Below are positions 35,900-46,314 of a stretch of DNA of 64,000 nt, piece by piece. A program made the position numbers and the translations under genes. This stretch comes from Nitrospira japonica. GTDB lineage: Bacteria; Nitrospirota; Thermodesulfovibrionia; Thermodesulfovibrionales; SM23-35. The DNA lies in contig DYFC01000034.1 of assembly GCA_020725385.1 (NCBI GenBank), forward strand, positions 1 to 64,000. Direction: 5' to 3'. Numbering within the stretch: the first letter of the stretch is position 1; each line of letters opens with the position of its first letter. The notes beneath the pieces are model-generated. The model saw only the letters and a list, made by a program, of their open reading frames with translations. It did no database searches and was not told where the DNA came from.

Positions 35900-37672
35900 T
35901 TACCAGCTACCTCCACCGCCTCCGCCAAAACCTCCACCGGATGAGCCGCCACCAAACCCTCTGCCGGAACTAACCCCGCTTCCTCTTGGTGCGGAAAACA
36001 TTGCCGAAGCCATGCTTGAAGTTGCCGAACTTATTGAGCGCGAAAAACTATGGGGGTGGAATGTTCCGATGCCTGTGTGAGAAACATACCAGTTAGGCAT
36101 CTCCTGAAATATTCCCTCAAAAGCTTTTGCCCAGTTATCAACAACATCAAGTGCAATAGCATAAGGCAGAAATTTTGAAAAAAGATCCTTATCACCCATT
36201 CTTAAAAGTCTATCTTTCTCCGCACGGTTTAAAAATTCCCTGAAACCAAGAATTTCCATATAAGCCTTAGTACCTATTTTTGTTTTCACAGGCATTGCTT
36301 TGGCAAATAAGATAACAGGGATACCTGTCAACAATCCAGCTATCAGACCTGCCGGAGAATTTGATGCAACAGGGAGAATAAAACTACAAATAATTAAAAT
36401 TATTATGCCTATAATAATATAGGTTTGTCTAACCTTTTCGGGGCTTACAAGAAAATATTTCTTTGAGACAAGTTCTTCATATAAAGTCTTTTTTAGAAGA
36501 TTAAGATTTTTATAAAATTCATTCTTCATTTCAGAAACCATTCTTCCGGATACAGGCAAATCCGTAGTGAATATTTTATTCAAAAGCATCTTTTCAAATA
36601 TACTTAAATTATCATCTGGCTCTTTTATTCTTTTTAAATAATAATCTGTTGAATCAAACAAAATACCTTCTTTTTTTATTTCTTCAATCTGAATATATCC
36701 TTTTACTGCAAGACCCACAATTGTTGAAGTTATGTCTCTTGGATCAAGTTTTTCATCAATCAATGTGCCTGCTTCTCCAGGTGTTATATAATTGTTATTA
36801 AACTTTGGTGGCTCATACATAACTGTAATTGATTCTCTCACTTCAGGATCTCTACCTTTTTTTCTCCATAGGTTAAACATGATAATTAATGATATTAAAG
36901 GAACTATAAATACCCAGTTCTGCCTTAGATTCAAAAACCAGATTAATCTTTTTAATCTTGATGGCTGAACGACAAGCCCTTTATCCCAGCCAAAAGCTAC
37001 TGTGAATCCTTCACGTACTCCGAGATTTCTGACTGTTAGAAAATTTCCACTGTTGTTTGATGTCTCGAAACGACAGGCAGTTTCTTTTGATCCTGTAGCG
37101 CCAGTATAGCAAGCTGCCCACAAGTTATGGCTCTGTTTTGTTGTAGAAAGATTAATATTGGCTGAAGCTTCTTTTATTGGAGCCCACCAATAATTGCCTG
37201 TGACATTCCAATAAAGCTCATCATGATCTTCAAAAAATAAGATAGCGTTTTCAACATTGTAAGAAATTATATACGTTTGCAAACCATCAATATATTTTTG
37301 GGGATCGCCTATACGGATATTTATTACATTTCCTTTTCTACTAACATTGTATTTCCATTTGTTTCCGTTTCTATCGGTAACGGATAATATATCCACCGGT
37401 GTAATTATTGTTCCTCCTCTATCATCCGAATATCTGTAAGGTATTTCTCTATATATACCATGTTTTTGTCTATGAAATTCTACAGTAATATTTTCGGTAA
37501 CAGTAATTGAGGAATCCTCTTTAATTAAAATATCAGAATGAAATTTATTTATTGTAAAATCCTGGGCAAGTGCAGGGGTAATAATATTAATTGATAAAAA
37601 AATTATCAATAAGGCAAAAATTTTTAATAAAAAATAAAATTCATGAAAATAATTATTGTATTTGCTTTTCAT
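35900..37672 (-). CDS. DUF2207 membrane protein
   Basis: ELYWNVTG..W, LPYAIAL....WA..F, C-terminal GGGFGGGGGGSW; follows lemA. Confidence 0.88.
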   Translation of the reverse strand: MKSKYNNYFHEFYFLLKIFALLIIFLSINIITPALAQDFTINKFHSDILIKEDSSITVTENITVEFHRQKHGIYREIPYRYSDDRGGTIITPVDILSVTDRNGNKWKYNVSRKGNVINIRIGDPQKYIDGLQTYIISYNVENAILFFEDHDELYWNVTGNYWWAPIKEASANINLSTTKQSHNLWAACYTGATGSKETACRFETSNNSGNFLTVRNLGVREGFTVAFGWDKGLVVQPSRLKRLIWFLNLRQNWVFIVPLISLIIMFNLWRKKGRDPEVRESITVMYEPPKFNNNYITPGEAGTLIDEKLDPRDITSTIVGLAVKGYIQIEEIKKEGILFDSTDYYLKRIKEPDDNLSIFEKMLLNKIFTTDLPVSGRMVSEMKNEFYKNLNLLKKTLYEELVSKKYFLVSPEKVRQTYIIIGIIILIICSFILPVASNSPAGLIAGLLTGIPVILFAKAMPVKTKIGTKAYMEILGFREFLNRAEKDRLLRMGDKDLFSKFLPYAIALDVVDNWAKAFEGIFQEMPNWYVSHTGIGTFHPHSFSRSISSATSSMASAMFSAPRGSGVSSGRGFGGGSSGGGFGGGGGGSW

Positions 37673-37688
37673 TATTTTGACTGTAGCA

Positions 37689-38249
37689 TTATGAAAAGCT
37701 AACCTTTACAGGCTTTCTTTCGACCTCAGGAGACTCAAGTTCAAAGAATTCTTCCTGCTTGAAATTAAATGTGCCAGCAATTATATTCGAAGGAAATGAC
37801 TCTATAGTTATATTGAAATCCCTTACAACAGCATTATAATATCTTCTTGCATATTCAATATTGTCTTCAAGTTCTTTGAGCTGGGACTGCAATTGTAAAA
37901 AATTTGTATTAGCTTTCAAATCAGGATAGGCCTCAGCGAGAGCAAAAAGACTTTTTAAAGTAGATGTAAGCATATTTTCAGCTTTTGCCTTATCTGCTGG
38001 AGATGAAGCATTCATTGCCATGTTTCTTGCTTTTGTTACATTCTCAAAAGTTGTTTTTTCATGAGAAGCATATCCTTTAACTGTTTCTACAAGGTTCGGA
38101 ACAAGATCATATCTCTTTTTTAATTGAACATCTATATCAGACCATGAAGATTTAACAGTATTACGGAGTTTTATCAATTTGTTATATATTGCTACACCAT
38201 AAAACAAAACAAGTAAAACTACACCAGAAATAATAAGTAAAGCAATCAT
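37689..38249 (-). CDS. lemA: LemA family protein
   Basis: [35 protein letters not shown]; ATG after GGGGGA. Confidence 0.94.
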   Translation of the reverse strand: MIALLIISGVVLLVLFYGVAIYNKLIKLRNTVKSSWSDIDVQLKKRYDLVPNLVETVKGYASHEKTTFENVTKARNMAMNASSPADKAKAENMLTSTLKSLFALAEAYPDLKANTNFLQLQSQLKELEDNIEYARRYYNAVVRDFNITIESFPSNIIAGTFNFKQEEFFELESPEVERKPVKVSFS

Positions 38250-38601
38250 CTTTCCCCCTAAGTTATTGTATATAAGCAAATCTATAAATTAATTGGTCAT
38301 TATGACCGAGCCCGGTTATAGCTATATCAATATGGATTATAAACCTTCTAGGAATATTCTCGAGCTCGTTAACTTTTTCTTCTATTTCAGGCATATTGAT
38401 AACTCCTCATTAATTTCATATTCTACCATAAAAAAACAACTTATCTTACAAATAAGCTGTTTGAACAAAAATACAAATAAACATGTAATAGGGTATAGGA
38501 AGAGCAGAGACCAAAGAACTGTAAAGCGTAAGGCATGAACACGCAAACAGCTAAAGAGTTAACGTGGGCAAGTAATACTTGAATCTGGATACTTGATTTT
38601 T

Positions 38602-40782
38602 TTAGTGCGTCTTACGATTTCCTTTGACTTCGAATTTAACCGAGTCAAGAATGTTTTCATGTTTATCAATTAATTGAACTGTGTGTTTTCCTGAAACAGG
38701 TTTTATTATCAGCGGCATTTTTGTATTCATATTTGTGTTATGTCCATCAAATACCCATGATATTTCATCGCTTAATGGATTTGCTTCAATAATGATTTTC
38801 TGTATTTCATCTGGAATGTCAGGATCAAGAGTTATTATAGTGCCATCAGGAGGATAAACAATTTGCGGGATAAAGTGTTTTTCATTTAAAGAAATTATGT
38901 GTCTTGAACTTTCTTTAAATGACGGTTCTGTGCCTTTAATAAACCATTCCTCTATTTCTAAAAGATTGGTTGAATCGATGAATACAGGCTTCTTTACTAT
39001 GCCATCAGGAGGTTTAATTTCTTCATCAATATTATCCTTATAGAGATAATTCATTATAGAAAGCCAAATAGGAGCAGCTCCTGTTATTCCTGTTACATTC
39101 CACATTGCCTCACCTGAAAAATTACCAACCCATACGCCTACTGTATATTTATTTGTATAACCAATGCACCAGTTGTCTCTCATATCTTTGCTTGTGCCTG
39201 TTTTTACCGAACTCCGGAATTTTGTATTCAAAGGGTTTTCTAAACTAAATGTATAAACTCTTGCCTCTCTGTCAGAAAGTATATCAGATATTATAAAAGC
39301 AGCCTCTGGTGAGAATACCCGAAATTTAGTATGTAAAACATCTTTATTTTGCAACCTTAAATTACTATATATGCCTCCATTTGCGAGCATTCGGTAAGCA
39401 TTAACAAGTTCATATAATGTAACATCAGCCGAGCCAAGAGCTAAAGAATGGCCGTAATAATCTGCATTTCTCAGATTTTTAAACCCCGATTCTTTAAGTT
39501 TCAGGACAAAATTTTCTATTCCAATCAGCGATAATGTTCTTACAGCAGGAACGTTTAATGATGAGGCAAGAGCAGTTCTTAAAGTAACCAGACCTTTAAA
39601 ATCATTTTCATAATTTTGTGGTTTATATATCCCATATTCTGTTGAAATATCAACAGGACTATCCGGGATAATTGATGCGGCAGTCAGCAAATGTTTATCT
39701 ATGCTTAGTGCGTATAGAAACGGTTTCAGGGTTGAACCTGCCTGTCTTTTTGCTCTTACACCGTCAACATATGGAGCAACCGAGCCTTTCCCGATGCTTC
39801 CAACATAAGCCAGTATATCGCCAGATTTATTTTCAACAACAATAGCTGCTCCATCATTCACATTCCTTGATTTAAGAGAAGAAATATGTTCTTCTAAAGT
39901 TTCGGAAACAAAACGCTGAATATCATAATCCAGAGTGGTAGAAATGGACTCTGTTCCAAAATAGGTAGGATTAATATTATTGTCATTCCTGTTTAAGAGA
40001 ATATGTGCTACATGCGGAGCAAGATTTTCTTTTTGTCTTACATAATATTTTCTATTGAATGTTTCTTTTATCTTTTCTTCAATTTTTTCTGGTTCAACGA
40101 CAGGCGTAAGGGATTGATTTAATAAATTAGCTCTATTAATAATTTTATCTATTTCCGCATTTGGTGAACGAATAAGTACAGCAAGAATAATTGATTCAAC
40201 GCTATTCAAACCCGATGGTTCTTTATTAAAAAGACATCTTGATGCAGCGGCAATTCCCTGCAACTCTCCTCTATATGTAACAAGATTTAGATAGGCTTCA
40301 AGTATTTCATCTTTTGACCAGATTTTCTCAATTTCAAGTGCTTCTTTCATCTGTCTCCATTTCTGTAAAACTGATCTGCCATTCTGCGCCGGTTTTAATT
40401 CTTCATTAAGAAGAGAAACAAGTTGCATTGTAATAGTGCTTGCCCCTCTTTTTGTTTTACCAGTAATATTTTTGATTAAGGTAGAAATAACAGAAAGCCA
40501 GTCAACACCGTAATGGCTGTAGAACCTTTTGTCTTCTGAATAAATAACAGCTTCTATCAGAGCTGGAGAGATGTCTTTTAAAGAAATCCATTCAAGTTTT
40601 CTTATATCGGGATTAAACCGCAATTCATGAATGATTTTCCCATTTCTGTCAAAAAGAAGTGCATCGGATGTAACATAAGAGTTTTTTACCTCCTGAAAAG
40701 AAGGCAAGGCATAAACATCAGAAACTACTAAAAGTATAAATAAGATAAGAAATTTATTTAAAATGAAAAATTTTTTTTTCAT
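38602..40782 (-). CDS. pbpC: Penicillin-binding protein 1C
   Basis: EDKRFY.H.GVD, GASTITMQ, GSTLKP, SLN, KTGTS, C-terminal extension. Confidence 0.9.
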   Translation of the reverse strand: MKKKFFILNKFLILFILLVVSDVYALPSFQEVKNSYVTSDALLFDRNGKIIHELRFNPDIRKLEWISLKDISPALIEAVIYSEDKRFYSHYGVDWLSVISTLIKNITGKTKRGASTITMQLVSLLNEELKPAQNGRSVLQKWRQMKEALEIEKIWSKDEILEAYLNLVTYRGELQGIAAASRCLFNKEPSGLNSVESIILAVLIRSPNAEIDKIINRANLLNQSLTPVVEPEKIEEKIKETFNRKYYVRQKENLAPHVAHILLNRNDNNINPTYFGTESISTTLDYDIQRFVSETLEEHISSLKSRNVNDGAAIVVENKSGDILAYVGSIGKGSVAPYVDGVRAKRQAGSTLKPFLYALSIDKHLLTAASIIPDSPVDISTEYGIYKPQNYENDFKGLVTLRTALASSLNVPAVRTLSLIGIENFVLKLKESGFKNLRNADYYGHSLALGSADVTLYELVNAYRMLANGGIYSNLRLQNKDVLHTKFRVFSPEAAFIISDILSDREARVYTFSLENPLNTKFRSSVKTGTSKDMRDNWCIGYTNKYTVGVWVGNFSGEAMWNVTGITGAAPIWLSIMNYLYKDNIDEEIKPPDGIVKKPVFIDSTNLLEIEEWFIKGTEPSFKESSRHIISLNEKHFIPQIVYPPDGTIITLDPDIPDEIQKIIIEANPLSDEISWVFDGHNTNMNTKMPLIIKPVSGKHTVQLIDKHENILDSVKFEVKGNRKTH

Positions 40783-40803
40783 TTCACGACTATAAAAATA
40801 ATT

Positions 40804-42231
40804 TTAAGTTATTAATTTTCTCGTGTCCCAGAATTTCCATTTTAGGTAGTCATTAATGCCTTTAGCTGCTTTTCTGCCTGCACCCATCGCAAGAATTACT
40901 GTTGCAGCGCCTGTAACAATATCACCTCCTGCAAATATGCCGGGTTTTGAAGTCATTCCTGTTTCATGGTCAGCGATTATATAATTTTTCTTGTTAAGAG
41001 CAAGATCTGGTATTGTGCTGGTTAGCAATGTATTCGACCTTGTTCCTATAGCAGGTATTGCAACATCTATATCAAGCTTAAACTCGCTTCCTTTTATTGG
41101 TACAGGTTTCCTCCTTCCAGAAGCATCAGGCTCGCCAAGTTCCATTTTTATACATTCAACAGCACAAACATTTCCTTTGCCATCATCAATGAATTTTAAT
41201 GGAGCAGTGAGAAACATGAATTCAATTCCTTCTTCTTTTGCGTGATGTATTTCTGCTTTCCTTGCAGGCATTTCTTCTTCAGAGCGACGGTAAATGAGAT
41301 ATACTTTTTCCGAGCCAAGCCTTAAAGCAACTCTTGCAGCATCCATTGCAACATTGCCGCCTCCAAATACAGCTACATTTTTTCCTTTTTTAATAGGTGT
41401 ATCATATTCGGGAAAAAGATAAGCTTTCATAAGATTTGCTCTTGTAAGAAATTCATTCGCAGAATAAATTCCATTTAAGTTTTCACCCGGAATTCCAAGA
41501 AAAACAGGCAGTCCCGCGCCTGCCCCAATATAACATGCATCATAACCCTGTTTATTCATGAGGTCATCTATAGTAAAAAGTTTCCCTATTACCGAATTAA
41601 GTCTTATCTCAACTCCGAGCTTTTTTATATATTCAACTTCTTTTTCAACTATAACCTTTGGCAATCTGAATTCCGGTATCCCGTAAATAAGGACTCCCCC
41701 GGGTTTGTGGAGTGCTTCAAACAATGTAACCCGATGTCCTTCTTTTATAAGATCTGCTGCGCATGAAAGTCCTCCGGGTCCGGAGCCGATTACAGCAACT
41801 TTTCTTCCTGTTGATTTAGGTTTTTCCGGTATTTGTATTTCACCGCTTTCACGTTCAAAATCAGCGACAAATCTTTCAAGATTACCAATTGCAACTGGCT
41901 CTCCTTTTTTTCCAAGAATACATCTTGATTCGCACTGTATTTCTTGAGGACAAACTCTTCCACATACAGCAGGCATTGCATTTTCTTCTTTTATTTTCCA
42001 TGCTGCTTCTATAAATTTTCCTTGTTTAATTAATTTAATAAATGCAGGTATATCAATCGATACAGGGCATCCTTCCCTGCATGTAGGTTTTGCACAATTT
42101 AAACAACGGGAAGCTTCTTCAACAGCTTCTTTAGGAGAATAACCAAAAGGCACTTCATCAAAATTTCTTGCTCTTATTATAGGGTCCTGTTCTCTCATCC
42201 TGATTCTGCTTTTTTGTTTCTTTTCTTCCAT
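40804..42231 (-). CDS. nfnB: NfnB/SudA, large subunit of NADH-dependent reduced ferredoxin:NADP+ oxidoreductase (GltD-like)
   Basis: CLNC...C..GCP and CGRVCPQE.QCE Fe-S motifs, GSGPGG, GGGNVAMD; paired with nfnA; no gltB nearby. Confidence 0.88.
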   Translation of the reverse strand: MEEKKQKSRIRMREQDPIIRARNFDEVPFGYSPKEAVEEASRCLNCAKPTCREGCPVSIDIPAFIKLIKQGKFIEAAWKIKEENAMPAVCGRVCPQEIQCESRCILGKKGEPVAIGNLERFVADFERESGEIQIPEKPKSTGRKVAVIGSGPGGLSCAADLIKEGHRVTLFEALHKPGGVLIYGIPEFRLPKVIVEKEVEYIKKLGVEIRLNSVIGKLFTIDDLMNKQGYDACYIGAGAGLPVFLGIPGENLNGIYSANEFLTRANLMKAYLFPEYDTPIKKGKNVAVFGGGNVAMDAARVALRLGSEKVYLIYRRSEEEMPARKAEIHHAKEEGIEFMFLTAPLKFIDDGKGNVCAVECIKMELGEPDASGRRKPVPIKGSEFKLDIDVAIPAIGTRSNTLLTSTIPDLALNKKNYIIADHETGMTSKPGIFAGGDIVTGAATVILAMGAGRKAAKGINDYLKWKFWDTRKLIT

Positions 42232-43061
42232 TATTTCACCCCTGCTTTATAGTGTTCCATGGCAATTTTTTCTTCATCAATATACATTCTTTGCCTTGAC
42301 ATTAAGAGATTGAAATCAACCTTATGTCCATCGAATTCAGGTCCATCAACACATGCAAATTTTGTTTCACCGCCGACTTCAACCCTGCATGCTCCACACA
42401 TTCCTGTTGCATCAACCATTATGGAATTCAGACTGACAATAGTTTTAACATTATGTTTTTGAGTAGTAATGCATACAAATTTCATCATTATCGCAGGTCC
42501 AATTGCATAAACGAGTTTTACACTTTTATCTTCATGCAAAATTTCATCAACAGGCACGGTAACAACAGCTTTTCTTCCGTAAGAACCATCATCGGTTACA
42601 ACTATCAATTCATCCGATACACTTCTCATTTTGTCTTCCCAGAAAATGAGTTCTTTCATTCTTGCTCCAATTATAGATATTACAGTATTGCCTGCTTCTT
42701 TTAATGCACGTGCAATAGGATAAACAGGTGCGATTCCAACACCGCCTCCAACACAAATAACTTTGCCAAAATTTTCAATATGCGAAGGAATTCCGAGAGG
42801 ACCTATAACATCTGTAATATAGTCACCTTCGTTTAATGTAGAAAGCTCATGGGTAGTTTTACCGATTTTTTGGAAAACAGTTGTAATAGTTCCTTTTTCT
42901 CTGTCAAAGTCTGCTATTGTAAGGGGAATTCTTTCTCCTTTTTCATGAATGCGAAGCACAAAAAAATTGCCTGCCTTTGCTTTTTGTGCTATTTCTTTTG
43001 CATCAATTACAAATAGAACTACAGCATCAGACAAGATCTGTTTTTCGAGGATTTTGAACAT
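42231..43061 (-). CDS. nfnA: NfnA/SudB, small FAD/[2Fe-2S] subunit
   Basis: ERIPLTIAD, GGGVG, MVDATGMCGACRV...CVDGPEF. Confidence 0.9.
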   Translation of the reverse strand: MFKILEKQILSDAVVLFVIDAKEIAQKAKAGNFFVLRIHEKGERIPLTIADFDREKGTITTVFQKIGKTTHELSTLNEGDYITDVIGPLGIPSHIENFGKVICVGGGVGIAPVYPIARALKEAGNTVISIIGARMKELIFWEDKMRSVSDELIVVTDDGSYGRKAVVTVPVDEILHEDKSVKLVYAIGPAIMMKFVCITTQKHNVKTIVSLNSIMVDATGMCGACRVEVGGETKFACVDGPEFDGHKVDFNLLMSRQRMYIDEEKIAMEHYKAGVK

Positions 43062-43106
43062 TAAAAACTCCTTTCTAATACGGCGGTGCCGGGATGAACT
43101 TAAGAT

Positions 43107-43154
43107 CTAAAACTCAAAATTCAAGATTCAAAACTCAAAACTCAAAATTCAAGA
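43107..43154. repeat. Heptamer tandem repeat (TCAAAAC/TCAAAAT/TCAAGAT)
   Basis: About six 7-nt units upstream of nfnA. Confidence 0.75.
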
Positions 43155-43321
43155 ATGGGTTTCTATAGCTAATGCTTTCATAGTATAAACTCTCAATAAA
43201 TTTTTTGGAATAATTTTTTATACAAATTAAAAATAACCTCTATTTATGATGATTTTATAATTGAAAATAATAAGCTTATCAAGCTATTAAAAAAATTATT
43301 TTACATTAATCAATTTTTTAC

Positions 43322-43351
43322 TTGACAAGACCGAGCACTTTCAAGTATAAC
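43322..43351 (+). promoter_or_regulatory. Sigma70-type promoter of the nuo operon
   Basis: TTGACA-18-TATAAC, 10 nt before nuoA ATG; no Shine-Dalgarno. Confidence 0.55.
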
Positions 43352-43361
43352 ATACTCGCTT

Positions 43362-43733
43362 ATGCCTGGAACGTATTTGCCAACAGAATATTTACCGGTT
43401 TTGATTTTTATACTCGTTGCAGAGGCGTTTGGTTTTGGCGCACTGTTAATAGGAGTAGTATTCAGACCTAAAAAGCCTTACCTTGAAAAATTACTGCCTT
43501 ATGAATCAGGTATTGATCCCAAAGGAGAACCTCGCACAAGATTTGCAATTCGTTTTTATATAATAGCAATGCTTTTTGTGGTTTTTGATGTTGAAGCAAT
43601 TTTTATTTATCCATGGGCAATTGTATTTGATAAGATCGGCATATTTGCATTTATTGAAATGGTTATCTTTATTCTGATACTTTTAGTCGGATACATCTAT
43701 GCCTGGAAAAAAGAAGCTTTTGTCTGGGATTAA
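43362..43733 (+). CDS. nuoA: NADH-quinone oxidoreductase subunit A
   Basis: K..PYESG, FY..AMLFVVFDVE..F.YPW. Confidence 0.96.
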   Translation: MPGTYLPTEYLPVLIFILVAEAFGFGALLIGVVFRPKKPYLEKLLPYESGIDPKGEPRTRFAIRFYIIAMLFVVFDVEAIFIYPWAIVFDKIGIFAFIEMVIFILILLVGYIYAWKKEAFVWD

Positions 43734-43758
43734 AATACCTAACAGGGGGTTATTGTAG

Positions 43759-44277
43759 ATGCTGGATACATCGAGTTTAGGCCTGATTCAAGTGCAGCAG
43801 GATGTTAAGATACTGCCTCCAAATGCTATTATTACGACTTTTGACAAAATTATTAACTGGGGCAGGCTTTCATCTATATGGCCTATGACATTCGGACTTG
43901 CTTGATGTGCTATTGAGATGATGGCCGTGGGCGCATCACATTATGATTTTGACAGGTTCGGTGTTATTTTTAGAGCTTCACCCCGACAGGCAGATTGCAT
44001 TATAATCGCAGGCACAGTTACTAAGAAAATGGCTCCAATTGTAAGAAGAGTTTATGATCAAATGCCTGAGCCGAGATATGTTATCTCTGTTGGAAGTTGT
44101 GCATGCACCGGAGGGATTTTCAAAACATACAGCACAGTACAGGGTTGCGATACTTTCCTGCCGGTTGATGTTTTTATCCCTGGTTGCCCTCCAAGACCCG
44201 AGACATTTCTTGAAGGTGTAATGTTGCTTCAGGAAAAAATAAGAAAAGAACAGGCGAGGTGGAGTCCATGGCGGTAA
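43759..44277 (+). CDS. nuoB: NADH-quinone oxidoreductase subunit B, 172 aa with in-frame TGA at codon 49 (probable selenocysteine)
   Basis: [16 protein letters not shown]-[TGA 43903-43905]-[25 protein letters not shown]; the ORF track shows only the part after the TGA. Confidence 0.9.
43919..43938 (+). promoter_or_regulatory. Candidate SECIS hairpin of nuoB
   Basis: TGATG-GCC-[GTG]-GGC-G-CATCA; loop G at +22 after UGA. Confidence 0.6.
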
Positions 44278-44849
44278 CCGAAGTTGTAGCAGGTTTGTAT
44301 CCTGCCGGAATAGAGCAGGAAAAAATAGCTGAAATGATAAAAGAAAAATTTCCCGAGCAGGTAATTGATGTTACCAATTTCAGGGATCAGGTTGCTGTTA
44401 TTATAAAGAAAAATCAGAGTTTTTCAATCCTTAAATATCTCCATGATGAACCAACTCTTAGTTTTGACCATCTTAGAGATCTAACTGCTGTTGACTGGTC
44501 TAATAAAAAAGAAGTAAGATTTGAAGTCGTTTATAATCTTTTATCAACAAAATACCGTCATATACTAAGAATAAAAGTACAGGTTCCGGAAAATGACGTG
44601 AAAATTGCTTCGGTTGTGCCGATATGGGCAGGAGCAAATTGGCATGAACGTGAATGTTTTGATATGTTCGGAATTCAATTTACAGGTCATCCCGATTTAA
44701 GAAGAATTTTAATGCCAGAGGACTGGGAAGGTTATCCATTGAGAAAAGATTATCCTTTAAAAGGATATGAAGGAGATAAAGACTGGCCTGGATTTATTCA
44801 AGTTATTAAAAGATCTCAAGAACTGAAGGAGTTTGAGTGGCATGATTAA
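44259..44849 (+). CDS. nuoC: NADH-quinone oxidoreductase subunit C
   Basis: [31 protein letters not shown]. Confidence 0.95.
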   Translation: MESMAVTEVVAGLYPAGIEQEKIAEMIKEKFPEQVIDVTNFRDQVAVIIKKNQSFSILKYLHDEPTLSFDHLRDLTAVDWSNKKEVRFEVVYNLLSTKYRHILRIKVQVPENDVKIASVVPIWAGANWHERECFDMFGIQFTGHPDLRRILMPEDWEGYPLRKDYPLKGYEGDKDWPGFIQVIKRSQELKEFEWHD

Positions 44850-46311
44850 GATGCAGGAGCCTGAAAAGATTTTTGAGACGAGAGAACTGAATGTTAATAT
44901 GGGGCCACAGCATCCGGCTACCCATGGGGTATTAAGAGTTGTATTGGACCTTGATGGTGAAACTATTGTCAGACTTACTCCATACGTTGGTTATCTGCAT
45001 CGTGGTATAGAAAAGCTCGGTGAAAGTCTGAGTTATTTTCAGGCATTGCCTTTAACAGACAGGATGGACTATGTCTCAGCAATGTCCAATAATATAGGTT
45101 ATTGCGTAGCTGTTGAAAAACTTTATGGAATAGAACCTCCGCCAAGAGCAAAATTCATAAGAACAATTGTTGGAGAGTTGTCAAGAATTTCAAATCATCT
45201 CTTATGGCTTGCAACACACGCTCTTGACATCGGCGCAATGACAGTCTTTCTTTATTGTTTCAGGGAAAGAGAATGGATACTTGAATTATTTGAGATGATA
45301 TGCGGTGCAAGACTTACCGTTACATATCCAAGAGTTGGTGGAGTAAGAAACGATATATCCAAAGAATTTATAGATCATCTCGTAAAATTCCTTGCAGAAT
45401 TTCCTTCAAGAATACTTGAATATGAAACATTAATTGATCAGAATAGAATCTGGCTTCAAAGGACTGTAGGTATTGGTGTTATCTCTGCTGAAGAAGCCAT
45501 TAACTGGGGAATGACAGGACCTACATTAAGAGGTTCTGGAATTCCGTATGATATTAGAAAATTTATGCCTTATGATGCCTATGATCAGGTTGAATTTGAA
45601 ATTCCTATAGGTACCGCAGGCGATACATATGATAGATACCGTTGCAGAATGCTTGAAATGAGGCAGTCTGTAAAAATAATCATACAATGTCTCGAGAAAC
45701 TTCCTGCCGGTCCTGTAATGGCTGATGCTCCAAAGTTTGTACTTCCTCCAAAAGACAAAATGTTAATAATCACACATCCTGTAAATGAAATTGCATATTT
45801 CATAGATGAAAAAGCATGTAAAGGATGTGGAATGTGTTTAAGAGCATGTCCTGCAAAAGCAATAACAGGTGAGAAAAAGAAACCGCATAAAATTGATCAG
45901 GCTTTATGTCTGCAATGTGCCACCTGTTTTGTTACATGTAAGTTCAAGGCTTTAAAAATAGTTCCGGGAGGAAAAGGACAGACAGAGGAGAAACTTGTAG
46001 AGCTTGCAGCGCAGCCTGTTTCGGATGAACTAAAACAGGCTCAAGAAGCACTCGTTGCTCATTTTGATTTCATAAAGAAAGGACCCAAGGTTCCTGAAGG
46101 TGAAGTATATGTAGCAACAGAAGTCCCGAAAGGAGAGCTTGGATTCTATTTTGTCAGTGATGGTACGCATAAACCATATAGAATGCGTGTTAGGTCGCCA
46201 TCCTTTATTCATGCAGGATGTCTTGAAAGACTCTGTAAAGGGCATTTGGTTGCGGATGTTATAGCTAATATTGGAACGATTGATATCGTTCTTGGAGAGT
46301 GTGACAGGTAG
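44842..46311 (+). CDS. nuoD: NADH-quinone oxidoreductase subunit D with inserted 2x[4Fe-4S] ferredoxin domain
   Basis: [31 protein letters not shown]; insert [12 protein letters not shown]...[11 protein letters not shown]. Confidence 0.95.
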   Translation: MIKMQEPEKIFETRELNVNMGPQHPATHGVLRVVLDLDGETIVRLTPYVGYLHRGIEKLGESLSYFQALPLTDRMDYVSAMSNNIGYCVAVEKLYGIEPPPRAKFIRTIVGELSRISNHLLWLATHALDIGAMTVFLYCFREREWILELFEMICGARLTVTYPRVGGVRNDISKEFIDHLVKFLAEFPSRILEYETLIDQNRIWLQRTVGIGVISAEEAINWGMTGPTLRGSGIPYDIRKFMPYDAYDQVEFEIPIGTAGDTYDRYRCRMLEMRQSVKIIIQCLEKLPAGPVMADAPKFVLPPKDKMLIITHPVNEIAYFIDEKACKGCGMCLRACPAKAITGEKKKPHKIDQALCLQCATCFVTCKFKALKIVPGGKGQTEEKLVELAAQPVSDELKQAQEALVAHFDFIKKGPKVPEGEVYVATEVPKGELGFYFVSDGTHKPYRMRVRSPSFIHAGCLERLCKGHLVADVIANIGTIDIVLGECDR

Positions 46312-46314
46312 AAT

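Noticed and set aside
38293-38538. 81-aa ORF between lemA and pbpC
   Set aside because: TTG start, no RBS or motif, opposite to flanking genes; probably spurious
40804-42231. Glutamate synthase small subunit
   Set aside because: No gltB nearby; coupled to an NfnA/SudB-type gene
43759-44277. nuoB as a pseudogene, or as the 119-aa ORF starting at 43918
   Set aside because: The short form lacks both tandem N2 ligands; the only lesion is TGA at a Cys position in an intact operon. Not formally excluded without reads
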